DNA from: Dirinaria sp. TL-2023a
Lineage: Eukaryota
DNA length: 36,173 nt
NCBI GenBank assembly: GCA_051941275.1
Contig: JAVEBF010000065.1
Location: forward strand, 1-36,173
Reading direction: 5' to 3'
A program made the position numbers and the translations under genes. Below the pieces are notes generated by a model. It saw only the letters and a program-made list of their open reading frames with translations, was not told where the DNA came from and did not search any database. Positions 11,746-22,580 of the stretch are shown one piece after another. Each line of letters starts with the position of its first letter. Within the stretch, counting starts at the first letter, position 1.

Positions 11746-12472
11746 ATGAATTTCCTTGCACTTTCCCTCCTCGCCCCCACGCTCGCTGCCGCCAAAACAA
11801 TCTCAATCGCGGTCGGCCAGGACGGTCTCAAATTCACGCCTTCCATCGTCACAGCTGCCGTAGGCGACAAGCTCGACTTCCACTTCTACCCGAAGAACCA
11901 TTCCGTGGTCGCATCCTCTTTCTCGAAGCCATGCGCCCCGATTCAGCCCGACGGCGGCCTGTACTCGGGATTCAGGGCCACCACGGCTGAGGATCCGAGC
12001 GTCTTCGAAGTGACGGTGAACGACACAAACCCGATTTGGATTTACTGCTCGCAGATCACGCACTGCGAAGGGGGGATGAGCATGGTCGTCAACCAACCGT
12101 GAGACAAATCTTTCTTTCTTTCTTTTTTTTTTTTTTTTCCTTCTCCCCAAGATCCTCCCCCCAACTGACATAACCACCAGCTCCGGATCGAATACCCTGG
12201 CCGCCTACCAAGCCGCTTCCAAATCCGTCGCTCAATCTCAGTCCCCCCTCCACGTCGCGGGAGGAGTCTTCGTGCCGAATAACGGGACCGCGAACGGCAC
12301 TTCCACTTCTGGAAGCAGCAATAGCACGCATACCTCGAGCACCGGCCCCAGCCCTACGACCAGCCAAACCATCATTGCAACACCCACCCCGGGCGAGGCC
12401 GGAAGGACAGGCGTTGCGATGTGTGTGATGGGAGCTCTTCTTGCGGGTGCTTTTGTTGCTGGCATGGTTTAG
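11746..12472 (+). CDS. Secreted, probably GPI-anchored cupredoxin (fungal extracellular Ser/Thr-rich protein); exons 11746-12098 and 12181-12472
   Basis: Signal peptide MNFLALSLLAPTLAAA. Cupredoxin core with type-1 Cu ligands NHSV and YCSQITHCEGGM. Ser/Thr-rich stalk and hydrophobic C-terminal tail. Intron GTGAGA..ACTGAC..CAG. Confidence 0.88.
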
Positions 12473-13074
12473 GAGCGGTGTATAAACATCTCAAGCGAAC
12501 CTTTTGCATGTAATTAATGCATCTATATCAGCATCCTAGGTGTGGGTGTCAGTAGAGGGGTTGGGCGGGCTCGATTGCAGTAGCGGAAAAAAGTCCTTGG
12601 ATGGAAAAATATTCAGTAATGATATCTTTTCTTTCCGCGCTCGCGATATCCATTTCCTTGACCTGCTGAAAACTTTTTTACATTTGTCTATGTTTGCGCG
12701 GGTACAATATTAGTGAATGGGTTTCGTGACATGGGGGTTCGTTCGAAGAGACCACGTGGTCATTTGCAGCTTTTGGAATCGCTGTTTCAGGCGAGAGCCG
12801 AGGTCATGTTATCTAAGCTAAGTACCTTACGGTAAGGTGAGCAGAGACCTGTGACTGATGTAAGCACCAAAGAAAAGACCTTCCACGAAAATTTCGCATC
12901 TCAAGGTACTTCAGCTCTACTCTATCTAGCCTTGAGCCTGAAGCTATTATTTATTTGACATGGAATCTTTCCATTGACCTCGTTGGTAGGTTCCATAAAC
13001 TGAAATAGAGAATAGAGGATAAGTAGATGAGATAGGTGCACGAGTACAGCGACTGTGATGGGGGTAAAACCTCC

Positions 13075-14730
13075 TTCACTCTCTACTACTCTCGACTCTC
13101 AATATAGCTTCCCCGTTGTTATTGAGCCCCCTTACGAATAGCTAACTCAACTACCCTACCTACTTCCTCCTCTCAGGCTCTTGACCTGTTGGAGGTTTTC
13201 CTCGCATAGGATCCGAGTTCTACCTTACAATTCCTGCATCGCAGATCTGTACCTTGAGAGATGTCTGGTCATCTGCGCCAGCAAGAACAATATCCCGCGA
13301 GCTAGCCTATCCTAGGTTCTGAAGGAAATATGTCGGGGGCAGATACATTACTATGCATGCTGGACACACTCGAGATCCAAATTCCATGCACGAGAAACCT
13401 CTGAACAGGTTAAAAGAAGCGATGGAAGAAGGGGATCTAGCCCTGTCGAGGTTTTCGAGGGGTCTTTGTTCAAGGGCAGGTGCAGAAAGGGCGAAGATGA
13501 TGATGCATCAAAGCTGTTGTGCGACATCAGAGACTCGAAGTTTCTGCGGGGGGAAACCTCTAGTAGGTTAAGTCTCTGAGAGGAGGGGATGGGCTAGGGC
13601 TTTTTTGGGGTTTTGATGGGAGCTGTGGTGGGAGCAGAGTGCGGATGTGTTGACGGTTGTGACCCAGTGCAGAACTTGAGCTGCATCGTGCCGTGAGTAT
13701 GCGTTGTGCCGTGAGTATGCATTGTGCCGTGGGACTTGGAATTCGAAAGTCATGCAGGTGAAACCTCTGAAAGGTTAGAGTCCGGAGAGGAGTGGATGGG
13801 CTAGCTTGTCATGGGGTTTTCATAGGGAGCTTTGATGTGAGAAGAGTGTTAGGAACAACAGGGCACTGAAGTTGCTTCGAGCGATGTGCATGGGATTCCT
13901 GCATGACCCTTTGCCCATTTCGAAGTTCATGCAAGTGAAACCTCTGAACGGTTAAGATCCCGAGCGGAGTGGTTGCGTTAGCTCGTCATGGGGTTTGCAG
14001 GGAGCTTTGATGTGAGAAGAGTGTTAGGGCACTCAAGTCGCATCAAGCGATGTGCATGGGATTTCTGCATGGCCCTTTGCCCATTTCGAAGTTCATGCAA
14101 GTGAAACCTCTGAACGGTTAAGATCCCGAGCGAAGTGGTTGCACTAGCTTGTCGTGGGGTTTTCGTAGGGAGCTTCGATGTGAACAGAGTGATAGGAAGA
14201 ACAGAGCATCGAGCGATGTGCATGAGATTCGTGCATGGGAATTCTGCATGGCCCTTTGCCCGTTTCGAAATTTATGCAAGTGAAATCTCTGAAAGGTTAA
14301 GGTCCCTAGCGAAGTGGTTACGCTAGCTTTGTATGGGGTTTTCTGGGAGCTGCGTTGAGAGCATAGCCTTTTTCGATCCTTTTTTCGATCCTTTTTTTCG
14401 ATCCCAAATGGAATCGCCAAGGTATCGCCAAGATATCGCCAAGATTTACTCTACGTCTCACTCAGCAATCAATCCTCCACTTACACGTCAGTAGTCTGCA
14501 TTTATTGTCAAGTCTTGACTCGAATTCCGATATTTATGCAAAGGAAACCTCAAGGCGGAGTGAATTCCCGAGAGATAGCCGGATTGAGATTTTTGAAGAG
14601 ATGTGTTGAAGGCAGTTGCCGCACAGGTGCCAATATTCATGTTGGCAACTCCTCGAATTGGTCTGACTTCCTTAGAGGTAGCCTTATCTAGGTTTTTTAG
14701 GAATTTGTGTTGAGAACAGAGTGTTTCCAG
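13075..14730. repeat. Degenerate ~160-210 bp tandem repeat array (about 6 direct copies plus decayed remnants) with one inverted copy at its left end
   Basis: The core ATGCAAGTGAAACCTCTGAA(C/A)GGTTAAG..GCTAGC..ATGGGGTTTT..GGGAGCTT(T/C)GATGTGA recurs, with AAACCTC-type anchors at 13395, 13554, 13761, 13938, 14104, 14283 and 14545. A reverse-complement copy lies at about 13075-13218. Confidence 0.85.
14368..14445. repeat. Two short tandem repeats: (TTTTTCGATCC)x3 then (ATCGCCAAG-based)x3
   Basis: Read directly at the right end of the best-conserved part of the array. Confidence 0.85.
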
Positions 14731-16311
14731 GTGGAGCAAGGGGGGTATCTCTCCTGGCACATGGCTGGGCTCTGGGCAGATGTCAAGCAAGGGTCTTGCC
14801 AAACCCCGCTTTGGTAAAGCGCTCTTTTCGTTACAGTTTGGCCCTTGTCAACGATACAATACGGGGATGAGCTGATCGCACAACTTCAGGCTCGACTACC
14901 TTACTATTAGTCAGGAGCTTCTTATCTTTCTTTCTACCTACCTGTTTTTAGGCGTAAGTAGCCACTCATGACTGGATTATTTTTGATATTTAGGGTTCGA
15001 AGATGAGCCCAGCTTAGGGTTAAGCGTACGTAAGCGACCTACCTATTAATAAGACCTTACCGGTATCACGTATCTTCCATTTCTTCAGCTGCTCCTTGAA
15101 TCTCACTTCCGTCATCTGGGCTTTCTTGATCACGGAGATGAGAACTCTTTGCAGTCATTTACAGTGCACGGAATAACGAGTCTACTTGGTCTTGGTCGCG
15201 GGGATCTATCTCAACCAGATCCTAGTTTTTGGACTGCTGCTAAATACACATCCACAGCTTCGTCGATCCTTCTACGGGTCGGAAGCTATGTCTCTTTCAA
15301 TGACCTATAGAATTGCAATTTTGCTGTGTTGAAATCTACAACGAAACATTTTGATATTGCTTTGAAAACGGTCCGTCGTCAAGACCTGACCGCAGGCGAT
15401 ACTACCGCAAATATTTTGCGATTCAAGCAATCAAGAGCTTCATTTCTGGTCGAGTATCACTGAGAAAGGTTATTAATACCTCGAAACCAACCATGGAAAC
15501 GCCTGGATGTTCTCTACAAGAGCCCACGCGGCCTTATGGCTTACATGCAACGCCAAGCAACTACTAAACCACAGGCATTGAACGGTTTTGTTTCGTCTTT
15601 AGCCCCCATTGCAACCCTGTTCTTCAGAATACCAATATGCGTTCGAGAGAAATAGATTCTCGCCTTGTTAACACAGGAGCCTGATAATGCTTCATTCATG
15701 CTTTGACTCGCGGAATGGTTCATTGAAGTATGCTCTCCTCTCATACTAAGTCAACAATCTCGTCTTTCTCTCCTTCAGCCATGCCAAATTCAGAATGAAT
15801 AGGGCGGTCAGAGGAACGTGGAGATCCCGTTCCACTGCGTTTACTGGTCCTTGTTTCAGATATACTCCATCCAACTAGAAGAATCTAAAATTTTATCAGG
15901 ACCTCGGCAACAGTTCAAGCTTATTGATAGCTCTTTCTCAGCGAACGTTACTTCGTGCTACCCAAGCTGCTGCACGAGGCTGAACTGAACGAAGGCCGCG
16001 AAACGCGTTGCCTTGTCTCACGTGTAAGCACGGCTGCACCCCTTGTCATCAGCAGGGAAATGACGACCTATGACAAAAGGGGCCACTTGAGCCGATCAGC
16101 ATTGAGTACCTCACAGTCCAACACAGTCGCTTGCGCTCCCTGTACTACTTACCTATCGCTCGCTCTTTGAACCATGCTGGTCGACAACGGCCGAGAAAAT
16201 GTCAGATTTCTTTCGAGAGTATTCGCCACCTCCACTGAGAATAGCAACATTAGCTGAACCGAGTGGACTCTATACTTACTTCTCATGGCTGTTCAATCTA
16301 GTCTCTCTGTT

Positions 16312-16319
16312 TATATAAA
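16312..16319 (+). promoter_or_regulatory. Candidate TATA box of the secreted-protein gene
   Basis: TATATAAA about 175 nt upstream of the ATG at 16495, followed by pyrimidine-rich sequence. Confidence 0.4.
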
Positions 16320-16494
16320 CTCTTTCATCTCTTCTTTGTCTTTACAATCAAGTCTTCACAAGCTTCCAAAAGCCATCTTAAGGAACTCTCTACGTCTTCG
16401 CGTGCTAGCTTACCCACGATCATTTGACCAATCTCCCATATCTACCATAAGACAGTTATTTTCGATCATTAACAGGGGCTCACCAACCATTAAG

Positions 16495-17312
16495 ATGCAT
16501 TACACTAGCCTCCTAGCGCTTTCCTTCCTCTCTCTTGCCGGCTCCTCTCTAGGATGTTCCACAGTTGGTGGCATCAAGTTCACAGCCTATGGTTGGCCCG
16601 ACGCCAATCAGTCACCTGCATACAGATGCAACGGCAACAAAGTCCTACCCCCAAAGGCTGGATCCAAGACCGAGTTGGGTGACGGTTCGTTCAAGAACCC
16701 GTACGCCGCAGCCGCCTCAGGTAACTCTATTTTCGGGAAGTGCGAGCTGCTTTACATGCCGCTGCTTAAGAAGTACTTCCGAGTTCAGGATGACTGCGGA
16801 GCGTGCGGTACGTGTATCAATTGAAAGGACCTTCTAATCGGATTCCCAAATACTGATTGTTGGTTCCATTTGGATTCAGACTCCCACCATACGGACCTCT
16901 ACATCGCGCAAGCCAACAAAAACATCGGCCAGCATGACTGTGAGCTCCAATTTGGCGACTTCGACTACAGCAAGGCGCTCCACGAGGTTGTCCGCAATCC
17001 AGGCGCTGGATTTGCAACGAACAGTACGTAAACATCTGGATTGTCGTCAAGCTGCTGATGTGATACTGATGCTTTGCCTTTCAACTAGCTCAACCCCTCT
17101 TCGCCAACGGCAAGTGCTATAACAAGCCTTCGGATGGCCGCGTTTTCCCAGATCGTGATGGGCACGTACAGTGTGGTAGCAACGGGCAAGAAGTGGATAC
17201 GACCGAGGATGTCGATGGTACAGCCGATCTCGGCGAGATCAATGACCCTGCCAACAACACGGAAACCGACACAACAAGTTCCGCCAAAGCCTCCGCCACT
17301 TTTAATGCATAG
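16495..17312 (+). CDS. Secreted Cys-rich protein, probably RlpA/3D-like double-psi beta-barrel fold; exons 16495-16807, 16880-17023 and 17089-17312
   Basis: Signal peptide MHYTSLLALSFLSLAGSSLG. Motifs FTAYGWPD, GDGSFKNP, LYMPLLKKYFRVQDDCGAC|DSHHTDLY. Two GTACGT introns with ACTGAT branch sites keep frame to TAG at 17310-17312. Acidic C-terminal tail. The fold assignment is an inference from the TxY / DDC / DLY pattern. Confidence 0.8.
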
Positions 17313-18044
17313 ATATTGCAAACAAGGGCTCTGCTGGAAGCGGGTTATGTGCACAAGATGCCGCTAACGCGAACGTGCACTCCTCGATGATGAGTCAGTG
17401 GAAGTAGCAATGTTCGTGGCATTGACTGCTCATACCATCGTCATCTGCGTATACCTTTGGCTTTCGATCTGTGTTGCTGAGTTTTGTTACGCTTTTCTTG
17501 TCGTTTCGCTGCTTTGCAAGTCTTTCTTTGGATCGTTCCTGTCGCTCTTTCATACAGCTAGTCTAGTTTTCATCAAGTTCCTGGCCAGGACACCCAAGTG
17601 TGCCACTTCGTCGAAGTTCTTTGAGTTGCTTGTCCAGGGGCTGATAAAACAGTCACCTCTCTGACCAAACTTCATTCCCATTCAATCGAATTAAAATCAA
17701 AGTTCTAAGGTATTTATCCCGCTGTATCGCAAACCCATTCGTAGAATACTCTTTGCTTGCGCTCAGAGCTGGAAAGTCACGATAGTTATACCCAGATTAT
17801 CGCGATTTAACACAGCAAGTCAGATTACTAGTCAGCCACCAGGAACTCAAGATGAAATACTAAACCATATCTCGAATATTTCCCAAGGAGCGCTGGAAAG
17901 TTGCCTTGACATTACCACTACTCTCTGCGTTCTGTGGGATTGGATTGTATGCGCCCTCCTTCTTGGCTCCTCAATTTTCACCACAGGTCGCTGAATACCT
18001 TAAACGAAGCTAGCTCACGAACTCCAACTCCGGACCAGATTCGA

Positions 18045-18595
18045 GAGACTTTACTCTTCGTGGGTTTTCCCTCATGGTTGTTGGATTTTCAGTAGTGCTG
18101 TTTATGCCAGGTTCTAAGACCGATTAGGGTTTTCTCCTACAATTGTTGGGGTTTCAGTAGCGCTGTTTATGATACACCACGTCTGCGCTCCGCTAGATAC
18201 TCTGGGGAGTTTCCCGCCATGGCTGTTGGGTTTTTAGTAGCGCTGTTTATGATATACCACGTCTCTTGTGCTTACCTATTGCTAGGTACTTTAGGGTTTC
18301 CCACCATCGTTGTTGGAACTCCGGAAGCGCTGTTTATGATATACCAGGTTCCAGATACTTTAGGGGTTTTCTCCCCATCGTTGTTGGATTTCCAGTAGCG
18401 CTGTTTATAATCTACCTCGTCTGCGCTCCGCTAGATACTTTGGGGTTTCCCCTTATGACTGTTGGAACTTCGGTAGCGCTGTTTATGATATACCACGTCT
18501 GTGCTTGCTTACCTATTACTAGATACTTTAGGGGGTTTCCCCCCATGGTTGTTGGAATTTCAGTAGCGCTGTTTATAATATACCACCACGTCCAT
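18045..18595. repeat. Seven-unit tandem array (65-90 bp units) organised as a ~237 bp three-unit higher-order repeat
   Basis: Core TAGATACTTTAGGGGTTT(T)CCCC..GTTGTTGG..TTCAGTAGCGCTGTTTAT(G/A)ATATACC. G(C/T)GCTGTTTA anchors at 18095, 18160, 18240, 18327, 18398, 18476 and 18566. Confidence 0.92.
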
Positions 18596-19814
18596 GCACA
18601 TCCTTCAGTCCTCTCCTCTTAACCCCGGGACGCTTTTCGCGCCCGAGACCCAGTGTACTCACCCCGAACAAAGCTAGCTTCCACCCCATCCGGAGAGTTT
18701 TCCTTGCATGACTGTTGAATCCTTGCGTCGCCCTCCAAGACTCTGCTCTGAACAGCCTCCCCAGATTAACCTCGATGAAGTGCCAACTCGCGAAACTAGA
18801 TCGTTCAGAGGTTATGCTTGCATGATTATCGGATTTGGAGCTGCTGAATGGAAGGTTAGGGGGTGGGGTTTGAAATGGGTGGACATTGATTGGCGTTCGC
18901 ATTTCGTGTCGTGCGGGCCCCGAGTACTCTGTTTTTAACGAAGTTGTGGGATTTACCCCGATGAGGCTAAGGGGGGAGCGGGAGGGGGTGCGGGGTTGGG
19001 ATTCTGGGGGTTTTGGGGGTTTTTGGTAGAGGGTTGGTGGATTACTTGGATTACCTGCGTCTTTGCGTCTCCACTTGCTTTACGGAGTACCTCATGATGT
19101 GAATTACATGTCGGCTTCAGAAAAGTCTTGCTCTGGACACAAATACACACACACAACTCAGGGGCAGTCCTGGGATAACCTCTGAACCTGATTCCTCAGG
19201 ATCTTGATCATTATCACGGCAGAGCTTTGTGGTATGATTGTTCCAATTCCCAGAGCTGGAGCGGAGAAGACTGCTGCCATTGGCGCAAGCATTGCGCCAT
19301 TTTCTTTCCGCTTGAGAACTTATGTCGGATCCATAAACCATAAAGAGGTTTTCAGCACAAAACTGTTGGATTGCGTGAGGAAATGTTTATGATGTACCCC
19401 CTCGCCCCGTGGTGGACACGCTTTTCCGGAAACAGGTTTTCGGCTCATGAATGTTGGTCCCCGTTCCACAGAAACCATATTCCAGACGGCAAACCGACGG
19501 TCCCTCCCCGATCAAGTATCGCGCGAAAAAAGGACCGTCGTTTCCCGAGGTTTTTCCGACACAAGTCTTTCAAGTGGATTCTCCGTGAAGTAGACTTCGG
19601 CAGCATCAACATTGAAATCGCCGCCAGCGGTACACAGGTTTCGCTCGAAGGCGCGAATTGCTGTGCCTGGTAAATGCCAGAAGCGCATAGCTGAATTCGA
19701 CACGCTCACTCTCGCGTTGGGCCCGGCGATGAGGATCTCAAAAGAAATATCGGTATCGAAACCCTGATCAGAATTTGAGGGATGTTGGTAAATGCGAGCT
19801 TCTTGTTATTGCTA

Positions 19815-21960
19815 CTACGTTCTCCGACTCTCCATTCTAGCTCTTATATCTCTGATGAGCGCTTTCGCTTCTTCCACTTCAACGCCATCCTGACATAGCT
19901 CATTCGCCAGCTCCATAGCCCGCGCAAGGCCGCCCCGGCTGAATTCCCATCTCGCAAGCCACATCCTTGCTTTCGATGTGGTGGTCGTGACGCCTTGCCC
20001 GGCGCCGCGCGCTGTGTCCTCGTCATCATTTTCCTCGCCCCCGCCGGGCCCTTCTTCCTGTGCGAGCGTGAGCTCCATATACGAAGCTGTTTCCTCAAAG
20101 TTACTCATCTTCTCATACATGAGCGCGATCTGGTAGAGGATCTCGGGGTCCAGGACCCCGACAGGCCCTTCACGGTGCGTGGACCCGGAGCCGAAAGAAC
20201 TGCCTGATTCGTAGTACGTGCCAGCTATGAGAGCGCGCTTGAAGGCTTTGATACTCTGTAGCGGTCGATCGATTTTGTCGTAGCAGCTACCGACAGCTTG
20301 CCACATTTTCGGGTCATACGGTCGCAGGCTCGCGGCCCGCTGATAGTAGAATAGTGCGTAGAGATGCATTTCGAGGACCTCGTAAGTCTGGCCCAGACCG
20401 TACCATGCTCGATAATCTTTTCGGTTCACGTCCACGGCGCGTCGGTAGCTCTCGATGGCGGCGTGTGTGTTTTTCATTTCGACATACTCATGCCCCATCA
20501 GTGTCCATGCTGCTAAAAAGTTCCGATCTAGGGTCAGTGCTCGTCGGAAGTACATGACGGCTTTCTCATGCTCCGATTTGAGGGCGTAGTAATTGCCAAC
20601 TACGCAACATGTCTCGGGGCGGAACTTGTCAGTTGCGGTCGCAAGTTGCGCTACAAAGGCCAGCTTCGGCCGGGCTTCCATGACGTAGAGAATGTTGGAA
20701 TACTCGGACAGAGAGTCAAGCCGATGAGGATCGTCGTGTAGCAGTGAAGAGAACAGTGATTCCGCTTCTTCATGGTCTGAAAGCGTATTAATGGGAATTC
20801 TTTTTTAAAGGAATTCCAAAGTTCACCTTTGGAATGGTACAGAAGCAGTGCTCGCTGTATTTTCAGGAAATGGCTTGCTGGGAATATGGCTTCCAGGTCT
20901 CGCAGCTGGTTATATGTCGAGTCTGTCGACTGGTACAATGTCTGACTGGCGTGGAGATGGAAGACCAGGGTCATGATATTTTGGGGTAGCTGGGGTGTAA
21001 TCTGTTGAAGCTATGGCAGACTGTCAGTACTGCACTGCTGACAGCGGTCATCTTACATACATCTTCTGCGCTATCAAGCAGTTCACTCAGCTCAAGCCAT
21101 GCACCCCAATTAAACGGATATCGATGTACACTGTTGACAAGCCATTTTTTGGCATCGTCTTCCGTCTTTCCCTTGGCAAGAATCAAGCCATAGAGATACT
21201 CTAGCCAACCTTGATTACTAGCGCTTAAGCCTTTGGCTTCTCGATCCGCGAACCAGCCTTCAAGATGTCTGCCCAGGCCTACAAGTTCCTTGTTTATAAT
21301 GGAACCACCATCTGCAGGACCCAGGATCATCTCGCTCTCTTCATTCTTACGCTTCTCTCCTGACATGTATCTCGCATACAAAGCAAGGAACAGAGACCTT
21401 TGACTCAAGTGAGGCAGGGCATTCGGCGGGGGCAAGACCCCGGTCGTTAGTGCCCCAGTATCTTTACCCTTGCCCTTGGCAGCCTTTGGCGTAATGCCAC
21501 TTTTCGAGTTGGGGGAAGAATCAGTCAAAGGTCCTCGCGGCAAACTTGCTGGCAGAAATACCGCGGCGCAGCGCTCGAACTCCCGGCAGTCAAAGAACGA
21601 TTTTGCCAAGAGGAATTTAGACATCTCACGGCTTTCCAATCTGGCTTCTTCTACGTCGTGATTAGTGGCCATGAAAGGGCTAAAGGACGGCACCTGCTCG
21701 CGCACATCTTCCATCGGCGAATTAGGGTCTGTGTCTGAAGAGTCGGCAGGGTCAGAAGTTGAGGGAAGAGCGTTTGACATTTCCGCCGCCCTACACAGAC
21801 ATCGGATCAGCAGTATGCAACACGCCGGTCAGATATATGCATCTGAACTCGTATCTTACCATTTGGCAGATTGGTACAAGCACCTTTCGGAGCATTTGAC
21901 CACGGCATTTTGTAAAGTAAGGCGCAGCTGTGCGGTTTGTTCCTCACTGATGCCGGCCAT
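19815..21960 (-). CDS. CDC23: Anaphase-promoting complex subunit 8 (Cdc23/Cut23); exons 21960-21860, 21790-21061, 21010-20827 and 20776-19815
   Basis: N-terminal [15 protein letters not shown] and [18 protein letters not shown] region [73 protein letters not shown]. Three introns restore the frame. Confidence 0.97.
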
Positions 21961-22580
21961 GACCTTTTCTTTTTTTTTTCTTCCTTTTTATTTCTTTTTT
22001 TTGGACGATTGACGATGAAGAGAACGCAATCTGGAATTAAATGATACAGGGATCGAAGTTCTCTGGTACTATTTTACTGAGGCACATCTCTCGGTGGGTA
22101 AGGTACTGTACCCTAGTTCGAGATACAGGCGCAATCACTGCGAGTTGGAACAGTCGAACATTGAAGGTAACAGACCCTAGGAACGAACCAATATGGGTTT
22201 TATTAGAACATTTTCTTTTTTGTATCAAGGTCACCGAATTTTACTTCGTTGAACCTTCAAACACTTCTTGGTCTCGTATTCGACGCGTGCGTGTTTTCCA
22301 GACCAGACCGAGGTAATTCCGTAAGTTGGACCCTTAAGGTAGCTTTGGCCAAAGAAGTCTAGCCCTTTCCCACTTCAGCGAGTCACGGGCCGAAGCGCTC
22401 TTGGCGTCCTGTCGCCAGACTGAAACGGACGGGAAATCAATCGGCCGAGCTCGGTTTTGGCTCTTTCCGATCGTCAGAAGCATAAGCTTATCAGCTTCTT
22501 AAAGACTTCAATTCTTCAGCTTCTTGTCTTCGTTATTCTCTTCCCTGTTTGTATTCGCTTCCATATCTATTTACATAATC

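Noticed and set aside
13353..14420. Short ORFs across repeat array 1 (e.g. LTVQRFHLHELRNGQRAMQ repeats)
   Set aside because: Unit spacings such as 166 and 179 break the frame and stops interrupt the units. They are better explained as translations of a DNA repeat.
18045..18595. CRISPR array (conserved hairpin-containing core with variable intervening tails)
   Set aside because: The context is fungal, there are no cas genes, the cores are degenerate, and the apparent spacers are short and themselves repeat in an A-B-C cycle.
2273..18860. Telomere-like TTAGGG or GGGGTTTT motifs
   Set aside because: Only isolated occurrences (e.g. near 2275, 15014 and 18855), never a tandem telomeric array.
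19200..19770. Possible small gene downstream of CDC23
   Set aside because: Short ORFs on both strands with no recognisable motif or consistent splice model.
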